Source: Tubulanus polymorphus (Eukaryota; Animalia; Nemertea). Taken from it: a DNA stretch of 64,000 bases. Each line of letters opens with the position of its first letter. The first letter of the stretch is position 1. Below the pieces are notes generated by a model. It saw only the letters and a program-made list of their open reading frames with translations. It had not been told where the DNA came from and made no database searches. Position numbers and translations under genes: made by a program. The stretch is from NCBI RefSeq assembly GCF_964204645.1, contig NC_134032.1:14868275-14932274 (forward strand), read 5' to 3'. Of this stretch, positions 43,071 through 53,660 are shown in pieces.

Positions 43071-44191
43071 TGTCAACTCCTCTTTTGAGTAGACTTTTTC
43101 TCACAATTTTACTAAGTAAACACAATGCTGACTAATTTGAACACAAAACTGAACTACCTACGTTCAAAACAGAATTATCTACTAGTTCAATTTATCCCCA
43201 TTATATTGTAAAAGGGGTTGATGATCGTTTCATTTCAAAAAGATTTTTGATTAATTTCTTTTTTTCTGTCGTTTAATTGATTGTCTTGATGTAGGTAATA
43301 AATAGACAATAGTAGTTAGTCCTATAGTACACAACACTCAGAGTGAAACTAACTTTAACCCTTCACGCGCTCCAAACACTATCGACGACACGACCATCAC
43401 GTGCCGCCCTCTATCCACGAAGGGTCAAACTAGAGTCTATTTTTTGGTCCCAATCAATAGCTGCTGAATTCATGTAGAAATTCATTATACACTCCAATGC
43501 ACAGACACATATAATAATATACAATGTATTTCTCCTTACATTGCATTACATTCATATATGTATTAATGTATATATACAATGTATGTACATTATTCATCGA
43601 TTTTCGCATTCAAGCGGCCATCTTGGATTTTGCGATCAATTCGATTGAAATCATGCGTAATGCAAGATCGTCGCCTCAATGCAAAAACAGGTCGTTTCAA
43701 AGTGACTTTCACGAGGTTTTTATCTCAAACTGATAATTAAGGCTAGCGAGTATTGCTGTAATAAACCCAATGAAAATTTCTCAGGGTCAGACACAACCCT
43801 AGACCCCCAGAAACTATATCCTATAGATTTAGTGACCTCCAATAACATTATTTGACACCACACACAAAATCTTACAATTTACAACATCATTCGATAATCT
43901 CAAATTTAAATATATTGCACATATACAATTTTCAAAAACTTAAAAAAAACAAAAATCACGATTCGCTAGGATAAAGAAGGTACGTCATCAATGCAGATAG
44001 TAATGCCCTCTAGTGGTAAGATTTACACACGATTGACGTCCATGACAACTCTCTCCCCGGAGTATCGAGTACAGATTGTAACGCCCCCTGGTGGTGAGAA
44101 TCAGGCATGAATAACATCCATGATGACCCTTGTAGCGAAGGCTAATCCCAGAGCGATGAACACCGATAGTTACGCCCCCTTGTGGTGAGAA

Positions 44192-47100
44192 TCAGGCATG
44201 AATGACGTCCATGATGACTCGTGTTGCGAAGGCTAATCCCAGAGCGACGAATACCGATAGAATAGCAGCATAATTCAATGCAAAACCAAATACCTGAAAT
44301 ACATAATACATGATTAGAAATACCCCATTGACGAAATATCAGCTGTGTGTTTATATCCAGTGGTTACAATATGTGCCACCAAGAGCTAACAGAAAGTTAC
44401 TCTCAGAACCGCATTCTATAAGGATCAACCGAATTGAGAAATACATAACCTCATAAGAAATTTAATTATTCGAAGGCAAATTTAGAGGTAACTTACTGTA
44501 AGTTGTAATGGCTGCTGGTTGAAGAATCTTAACATCTGAAGTCGATTTTCCAACGGGCAAATAAACTATAAACGGTAAAATGTGAGCAACTAATTAATAT
44601 ACTGGGTCAAGGTACTCCAAGGGGTCAGGGTACTCCAGGGGCCAGGGTACTCCAGGGGTCAAGTTACTCCAAACTTGGTTCGAGCTAACAAGTTGATAGT
44701 TGACATAGTGATAACTAAAACTGAATTGTTACTATGGTATTTATCCACCGGTTATCGAACTTTTCTATAACTGGCCCCTGAATGGTAAGGCTAGCAAGGA
44801 GGAGAGGGGAGTCTGACTCTTTTATGGACCTTATTTGTCCAATTTAAAGAAGTATCTTTTGTTTCTGGATTCCTCAGTAAAAATCTGGGCCCGGTTTCAT
44901 AGACCGAGTATCAAAGTTATCCCTAGGGGTAAATCCTCAATCTGGGTGACAACCACCATAGTAACAACGAGAAACCATGGTTATAACAGACAAATTTCAA
45001 AACATTCCCAGGGAATATTTTTCTTCTACATCTATGAAACCCAGCCCTGATGGGCCCCGTTTCATAGACTGAGTATCAAAGTTATCCCTAGGGGTAAATC
45101 GTCAATCTGGTTGACAACCACCATAGTTACAACGAGAAACCATGGTTATAACAGACAAATTTCAAAACGTTCCCAGGGAAGATTTTTCTTCCACATCTAT
45201 GAAACCCAGCCCTGATCTATTTTTTTCGCGGTAAATTTTCTCACCATAATCATCCTGTTCGCCTCGAAGTTCACCTCGGCGTAAGCAGAACAGATTAACG
45301 GTAACATTAGCAACGGTATTATAAACTCGGCTATATCGTAGAACGACGGACGATTCTTCAGCCACCAGATAATATAGAGGGCGCTCCATAACGTGACGAA
45401 CGCGATCCAACTAGCGAGCCATCGCTGTAGACAACTGGACGTCACCCGCAGACGACTCTACAAATATAGAAACAACGCCATCTGCTGGAATAAATTGACA
45501 TCAGGTATAAACCTGCATAATAACTGAAATGCCACCTGGTGGTATAAACATGAACTTCAACACGATTCCCGGTAGGTAAAACCTGCATTGTAACTAGTAC
45601 GCCACCTGGTGGTATAAATCAGCATTGTAACGGACACGCCACCTATAGCTATAAACTTACATTAATTTGCCAGTAACTGAGTAAAATGTCCTCACAAGTG
45701 AAAACGCGTGGATCCAAGTCGTCATCTAATGAAAACTGTTCCTGTGTGTCTGGACTCGGTACCTGTCATCGAAAAACAAATCAATCACTTATTAATGACA
45801 AACTTCCATTTTGGGTAAAATGAGATGAAGTATAGCAGCTAGGGATGGGGATCCAGGGTTACTGGGGCTACCGACCTGTCTGGGGCTACCGACCTGTCTG
45901 GGGCTACTGACCTGTCTGGGGCTACCGACCTGTCTGGGGCTACTGACCTGTCTGGGGCTACCAACATGTTTGGGGCTACCGACCTGTTTGGGGCTACCGA
46001 CTTGTCTGGGGCTACCGACTTGTCTGGGGCTACCGACATGTTTGGGGCTACCGACCTGTCTGGGGCTACCGACATGTTTGGGGCTACTGACCTGTTTGGG
46101 GCTACTGACCTGTCTGGGGCTACCGAGTTCCACTTTAGTTGAGTTGATTCTCGAATCGATAGATGAACCTTGAGATATCTGAGACGGAGGATCGGGAACT
46201 ACGAGATTTATCAACGAGTTATTCGTATCGCTCAGTCGGTCCGAACCTGGTCGAGTATCCGTTTCACTCACTATCGTGATAACAGGTGGCGCTACTGTTG
46301 TCGCTGCCGCTCCAACCGCTGATTCTACTGTAAATAAACATTCAAATTCTCCCAATGAGATCATCTTAAAATTCCCCCTATGACACAATCTAAAAATTCC
46401 ACCTATGACAATCCTTTAATTCCCCCTATTTCATCTCATAATTCCCCCTATGACATCATATTCATATATTCCTCTACAGACCATTTCAGATAACATGGCA
46501 GCCTCCATAAACATCACTATGATGTCAAGTATCATTACAGGGTATCTTAGGGTATCAGGGTATCAAATACGTTTAATGATGTCATAGGGGGATTTATGGT
46601 AGAAGTCGTCTTCACTAGAAGTCTATTATAGATCAAATCACTAAAAGACAATTTGATGATGTCATAGGGGGATTAATGGAGGTAGCCATCTTTCTTGCTT
46701 GTAAGGGGAAAATACATCAAATAAGTATCAGTTAGTAATTTGGATGATGTCATAAGGGGATTTTGCGGAGGTAGCCATTGTTTCTGAGAGGAATCCACTG
46801 ACCTTCGGTTTGTGATAAAATCGGCGATGATTGGGTTGACAGTGGATCGTGTGGAGTCGGACTCTGAGGAGTCGGACTCCCGGTCATCTGGTGACTCGGT
46901 GATGTAGTCGTTGAGGAATTCTGCGAAGTCGGGACTCCTTGAGTCGACTGCTCGAAATAGTGCATTTCATCCCAATTACCCTGATTGGAGTCATCTGTAA
47001 AATATCAATCCTATAATGTGAATACTGACTGACTGACTGACTAGCTGATCTACTGACTGACTGACTAACTGACTGACTGACTGACTGACTGACTGACTGA

Positions 47101-50100
47101 CTGACTGACTGACTGATTGACTGATTGATTGACTGATTGACTAGCTGTTTTACTGGCTGACTGACTGATTTAGTTGATCTATACTGGCTGACTGACTTAC
47201 CAGTAGACTGATTGACTGACTAGCTAATCGACTGACTGACCCCTCCCTCAGCATGTGGGGTTAGTCAATGACCGACCCCTCTCTCAGCCTGTTGGGGTGA
47301 GTCGATGACCGACCCGTCTCTCAGCCTGTTGGGGTGAGTCGATGACCGACCCGTCTCTCAGCCTGTTGGGGTGAGTCGATGACCGACCCGTCCCTCAGCC
47401 TGTTGGGGTGAATCGATGACCGACCCCTCCCTCAGTCTGTTGGGGTGAGTCGATGACCGACCCCTCCCTCAGTCTGTTGGGGTGAGTCGATGACCGACCC
47501 CTCCCTCAGTCTGTTGGGGTGAGTCGATGACCGACCCCTCCCTCAGTCTGTTGGGGTGAGTCGATGACCGACCCCTCCCTCAGTCTGTTGGGGTGAGTCG
47601 ATGACCGACCCCTCCCTCAGCCTGTTGGGGTGAGTCGATGACCGACCCGTCTCTCAGCCTGTTGGGGTGAGTCGATGACCAACCCCTCCCTCAGCATGTG
47701 GGGTTAGTCGATGACCAACCCATCCCTCAGTCTGTTGGGGTGAGTAGATGACCGACCCCTCCCTCAGTCTGTTGGGGTGAGTCGATGACCGACCCGTCTC
47801 TCAGCCTGTTGGAGTTGTTGTTGTTGTTGGAATAATTACCTATTGATTCAAAGTTATGCATGATATCGTCGACCCTGCTGTGTCCATTGTGTATTATACG
47901 TCTCGAGTATTCACAGTAATGTCGGCCATCTTCTTCTAGTTCTTTTATAAATCTGCGAATACCTGTAAAAAGTGAGGTATGAGAGTATAAACAAGAGGAG
48001 AGGTGTGGAGTGAGTGGAGAGAGGTAGAAAGAGGCGAGGGGAGGTGGAGGAGAGATGGAGGGGAAAGGTGAGAGGGTGAGAGGGGAGGGTAAGAGAAGTA
48101 AGGGAGAGGGGAAGAGTGAAGAGGTAAAGGAGAGGGGAGGAGAGAGTGAGGGGAGAGGAGGGAGTGAGAGAAGGGAGGGGAAGGGGTGAGAGAAGGGAGA
48201 GGGGAGAGAAGGGAGGGGAGAGAGGGTAGAGAAGGGAGGGGAGAGAGAAGGGAGAGGAGAGAGGGGAGAGGAGGGGAGAGAGAAGGGGGGAGAGAAGGGA
48301 GGGGAGAGAGAAGGGAGGGGAGAGAGAAGGGAGGGGAGAGAAGGGAGGGGAGAGAGAAGGGAGGGGGATAGGAGTGAGGGAAGGGAGAGGAGAAAGAAAG
48401 AAGGGGGAGAGAAGGGAGGGGAGAGAGAAGGGGAAGAGAAGGGAGGGGGATGGGAGTGAGAGAAGGGAGAGGGGAAAGAAAGAAGGGGGAGAGAAGGGGA
48501 AAATGTTAGATGGAGGCAGGAGTGATTCACTTACCAATAGTATGAGTGCGGCAAACTGATAAAATAACAATAGCGACCAGTAAATTCCAGAATAAAGCCG
48601 CGCACGAATACGCGGCTCGCGACGTGTATCTCAGGTGACAAATCCATCGATTCAGATTGACTTGTTCACACGTCTGCGCCGAGAACTCGTAACGATTGTG
48701 TACGAGATTCACCGCGATAAAAACCACGCCCAAAACCGCCACCAAATACGACGAGTTGATTTTGAATATCGTTTTCGCGTGCAATCGTACGCTTTGCAAC
48801 ATCATCTTATTGGTGAACAAACGAAACGCGAGGTGATTCGCGTAGACGCCCAACGCGCAATACGAACAAACGATACAGACCTGAACGCCACCTGTGATCA
48901 CGGTCGTCGACGTCCACTCCGTAATGATGTCGTAAACGTAGTACCAAGTCATCGTAACGGCGTGTAGGATCGAAAACGTCAACGTCGACATGAACAACAC
49001 GGTTCCGAACCACGGTCGATCGCCGGCGTGCAGACGGATTCCGAGACATTTCGCGATGATAAACCACGCCCAGTACGGCAGACGTTTCGATTGTTTTACG
49101 TTCGTTTTGTCGACGATCTCCGGCGTGATCGTGTCGCCGAGTTGATCGGTGATTTTGTAACTGTTCTCTCCGAAGTATAAAGCGGAGTCGGCTCGGTTCC
49201 GGCGACTGGAAAAAAATTAACAATATTTTTAAATATAGCAGCAAAGCAGCGATTACGGGTTTTCTGCTTTGCGCGAGTCTTCACATTCAAGCTTGAATAA
49301 ATCACAGAAAATGAATATAGCAGCTTGCTTCTGTCGTCCCAGTTTTTGTGAATATATCCTAAAAGTCATCTTCATACTGAATATGAGCTCAGCTCATATA
49401 AGATGACTATTATATGACTATTATTATTATTATAGAATATAGTTGTAACATTGAAATAAACTACACAAGCTCAGAGAAACAATTCTGGCTCATTTTTTTC
49501 ACTAGCTCAAGGAATACAGTATTCCTAAAGATGACTATTAGGATATAGTTGAAACGTTGAATAAACTACACTAGCTCAAGGAATACAGTATTCCTGAAGA
49601 TGACTATTAGGATTAAGTCGAAACGTTGAATAAACTACACTAGCTCAAGGAATACAGTATTCCTGAAGATGACTATTAGGATAAAGTCGAAACGTTGAAT
49701 AAACTACACTAGCTCAAGGAATACAGTATTCCTGAAGATGACTATTAGGATATAGTCGAAACGTTGAATAAACTACACTAGCTCAAGGAATACAGTATTC
49801 CTGAAGATGACTATTAGGATAAAGTCGAAACGTTGAATAAACTACACTAGCTCAAGGAATACAGTATTCCTGAAGATGACTATTAGGATATAGTCGAAAC
49901 GTTGAATAAACTACACTAGCTCAAGGAATACAGTATTCCCGAAGATGACTGAATAGTACACTAGCCCAAGGAAACATATCAGAACCTTTTTATTCTCAGT
50001 GTGGTATTTTATATATAATCTTTACAACACAACTCAAGAGTGCTTCATCAATGTTCAAAATAAAACAGGTTTGAGTAAACTGATACCTATATGACGTCGT

Positions 50101-52384
50101 GGTTAGACTGTGAAGATGGCTCGATGCCAATGAAGAGCCAAATGAGAACCCTCCATGAAAATTATTCACATTTTTCAATCTGATATGCTGCTGCTGGTGC
50201 TGCTGCTGCTGCTGCTGCTGATTCAATGACGACTTAGGAGACAAATAGTTCCGGAAATCGCCACTAGATGTCCGATGATTGAACTGATCCGGGAATGAAG
50301 AGCGTCGTTGACGAGCGGTACACGATGACGACCGCGGCAGCGGTTGTTCTTCGATTTCGTCGCCCCCGGTTTCCATCCTCTCGAAAAAAAAACAATGTCA
50401 CTCTTTTCAACCGCCTCAAACTTTCGTGCAAACAAAAACCTGATATAATATCCGATCATACAAGTTTGAATTCAACTGTAGATACAAAGTATTATTCACT
50501 TATGCAATCCGTAATTTGGGTCAAGTCGAACTCGTTATATCGCCTCTCTCATAAATTGACTGAATTCCTTTCTGTATTCAATTGTTCTCTTCTTGTTGAT
50601 TCTATGTCGAGGGTTACGTTTCATAAATATCATTATTGTCTCCATTGACGGCGAAGAATGTAAATCAACCTAAACGACTTGAAATAAACAATCCAACTCG
50701 TGAACATGTCCCGATTTATTTTTTGTATAATTCTCAAATGTTTAGATAGATCTGACATTCAGAAGTCCAGGGACTAAGACAGAGATTAATTAATCTAGAA
50801 CTCCAACCCAGGCAGCAGAGTTAAGAGATTTATTCCTCTCTCTCTTTTTGCATTCCTATTCGCCTGTATTGCTTGGAATTCCTGTATTATTCTTATGTGT
50901 CTCTGTATTCCTGTATTAATCCTGTGATGCTCTGTATTCCTGTATTAATCCTGTGATGCTCTGTATTCCTGTATTAATCCTGTGATGCTCTGTATTCCTG
51001 TATTATTCCTGTATTGCTTAGAATTCCTGGATTATTCTTATATTTCTCTGTATTCCTGTATTAATCCTGTGATGCTCTGTATTCCTGTATTAATCCTGTA
51101 TTGCTCTGTATTCCTGTATTATTCCTGTATTGCTTAGAATTCCTGGATTATTCTTATATTTCTCTGTATTCCTGTATTAATCCTGTGATGCTCTGTATTC
51201 CTGTATTAATCCTGTATTGCTCTGTATTCCTGTATTAATCCTGTGATGCTCTGTATTCCTGTATTAATCCTGTGATGCTCTGTGTTCCTGTATTAATCCT
51301 GTGATGCTCTGTATTCCTGTATTAATCCTGTGATGCTCTGTACTCCTGTATTAATCCTGTGATGCTCTGTATTCCTGTATTAATCCTGTATTCCTGTATT
51401 ATTCCTGTGATGCTCTGTATTCCTGTACTATTCTTATATTTCTCATATTCCTGTATTATTCCTCTGATATCTGTATTCCTCCTGTATTTTTGCTGTATTA
51501 CTCTGTATTTTTGCTGTATTACTGCTGAATCTATTTTGGACTCCTAAGAGCGTCCACTAAACCCATGCTGTAAGCGATGTGTACAGGGGTCACCATTCAA
51601 CATTAAACCTTATTTACAAATACTTATCCTTATCAGGTTCAATGGAGAGGTGTCTTTCTAGGTTCGATTCTTATCAGTCTACAGCTGATAAACTACATTC
51701 GAGATTGAGATCGCTTATCAACTTTCAATTACTTTCAAATTAACCGATTCAAAATAGGTCTTAAAAGACTAATTATCTTATGTAAATTGACTATGTTCAT
51801 TAGTAGTTTAATCAATTCTGATTAGCCTAATTATAGGCTGTTTTATATTGCCTTTAAAGTTATAAGGTTAAATCCTCAACCTGGATGACATCCGACATCA
51901 GCCTAATAACAATGAGAAACCATGGTAACAACTGATAAATTTCAAAATGTTCCCAGGGATTATTTTGTGCCCGCGTACATCAAATCGGTCACGGATTTCT
52001 CGTCGGCGTTAAATGATAAAATGTAGTTACTCACCGGAATGTAGTCCGACATGCGTAGGGGGCGTCTTCCATCCACGCGTTTCGTGCGACGTACGACGAG
52101 TTCACGTTACATCCACTAGGGGGCGCTACCACCGCCGCCGCCAGATTCGTCGTCATAGCAACCGGTGATTTACGTAGTAACACCGGAGTACCGGCTCCGG
52201 AACTCGGAGTCGACGACACCGGAGCCGGATTCAAAAACGGATGCGTTTGTCGCCGTAGTAACGATGGGGACGAGCCCGCTGTCGCTGATGATGTTTGTTG
52301 TAGTTGCGATGACGACGGCGGGGAACTGTTCACGATTATTGTTGCCGGTTGGGTCGGCAACAATGCAGCAGATGTTGTTGCCAT
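44192..52384 (-). CDS. Seven-TM protein with gustatory-receptor-like (GRL/7TMIC) topology
   Basis: Exons 52384-52035, 50377-50087, 49205-48535, 47962-47840, 46994-46803, 46327-46110 (donor ambiguous), 45762-45661, 45457-45245, 44565-44497, 44293-44192. Seven hydrophobic segments, a long loop between TM4 and TM5, and C-terminal QQPLQLTVFGFALNYAAILSVFVAL. The gene itself is well supported; the family call and the first exon are inferred. Confidence 0.75.
44887..45212. mobile_element. Two tandem Harbinger-like MITE copies
   Basis: GGGCCCGGTTTCATAGA ... TCTATGAAACCCAGCCC twice, with CTG flanks. Confidence 0.8.
45862..46124. repeat. 18-bp minisatellite (14 units) spanning a splice donor
   Basis: (CTGGGGCTACCGACCTGT)n. 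Confidence 0.95.
47024..47810. repeat. (ACTG)n microsatellite followed by a 37-bp minisatellite (about 15 units), intronic
   Basis: Unit CCCTCCCTCAGTCTGTTGGGGTGAGTCGATGACCGAC. Confidence 0.95.
47992..48502. repeat. Polypurine (GA-rich) intronic tract
   Basis: Direct inspection. Confidence 0.95.
49500..49972 (+). ncRNA. Tandem array of minimal type-I hammerhead ribozymes, 69-nt unit (6 full copies, 5 with an intact core)
   Basis: Example 49727-49770: TATTC-CTGAAGA-t-GACTAT(taggat)ATAGTC-GAAA-CGTT^-GAATA. GAAACGTT occurs at 49551, 49620, 49689, 49758, 49827, 49896. Confidence 0.82.
50870..51520. repeat. About 29-bp minisatellite (CTCTGTATTCCTGTATTAATCCTGTGATG)n
   Basis: Direct inspection. 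Confidence 0.9.
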
Positions 52385-52599
52385 GGCGTAAGAATTTTTC
52401 ACCCCCTTTAGTGAAGGTTTTCATCAGTCAATGCGGAAGGGGGTGAAGCTTGGATTTGAGAGGGGGTTGAAAAATTGAAGAGGGAGGGGTTGGTCTAACT
52501 CTGAAACACCACCGATTTTTTTTCGGATGTCTTTTAAAGTTTTTAAGGGTCTCGTCTGCATTATTCGGTTGTTCGAACTCTTTTCGAATCGTTCGATCG

Positions 52600-53160
52600 T
52601 CGAAATAAAGCGCCAAAATTAGCGGAATCTGTCAAACTCATATTCAACTTTCGACGTTTTTTGTCGATAATTAGCGCGACTATGAGTGAAGACTCGTTGG
52701 TAATCAGCAGCGACCGGTTGCACTATGTATCGCCCTATACCGATATTTATTATTTTATAACTAACTAAGTTGTACAATATCTAAAGCAGATAAAACAGCC
52801 TTTGGTTACATGGAAATAAGAATATTTATGGCATTTATCCTCGAGAAATATTTTCAATCCATACACTTTATAGATACGAAATTTGCAGAATAAAATAAAC
52901 TTGAATTGAAATAAATTCAAATCAAATGTATTATTAGCTTCAAAGTCAAATTCAAGTTAACTTTATTGCTAAACCCGGAAGTGATGTAAGCGACTATAGG
53001 TAGCGCCACGTATCTTGTAAATTCGTGATGGTATATGCACGGAAATTTCCACAAACTTTGCCAACGAATATTTACTAATAATTGACCCTGTAAAATGATG
53101 ACATTGCGTTTAATCGTCAGAGGATTATCTGAATGAGGATTAACGGATTAAAGAGGTGAA
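52600..53160. promoter_or_regulatory. Putative bidirectional promoter of the GRL-like and DIDO1-like genes
   Basis: Divergent genes; ETS/GABP-type CCGGAAGTG at ~52975; probable 5'-UTR donor GAG|GTGAAT at ~53156. Confidence 0.5.
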
Positions 53161-53660
53161 TATTTTTTAGCTCGATATTCATAATTTCGGGGCTTCGCAG
53201 CACGGTCCGTCATCATCCGCCATTCCCCTCCTCTCAGTCTCAGACTCCAGTCATGTCATTCTTCATTTCTCCCTCTCTTCTTAACCTGAAAATAAACATG
53301 AATTAATGTAGGTTCAGATAACAGCAATGCAACCATTATCATTGTGTGGGCTTTTTGAGGGGAGGGGTCCTGAATGAGAAGAGGAGGAACCATTGTAGAG
53401 AGAGGGTTGAAGAATGCTTGTCAGCCGAGGTGTCAGTAGATAGAAGTGTTGGTTCGGTAAGGGGGTAAGGGGCTATTGGGTTTTGGTAGGGAGGGGGTTC
53501 CTGGGTCCTGTCTTGAAAAACATATACAGGCTCTATTTACATTTTTCACGAACTTGTTCAACAAAGATCCATTTTTTCCCCTTGGGCCTTGAAAAAATTC
53601 AAAGTGAAACGTTTCAATTTTATTTGCCTTAAATTCAAACGCGTTTCGATTTCAGATAAA

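Noticed and set aside
47240-47839. 37-bp repeat as a coding extension of the 7TM exon
   Set aside because: A strong phase-1 donor (G|GTAATT) after 47840 matches the next exon, and the unit length is not a multiple of 3
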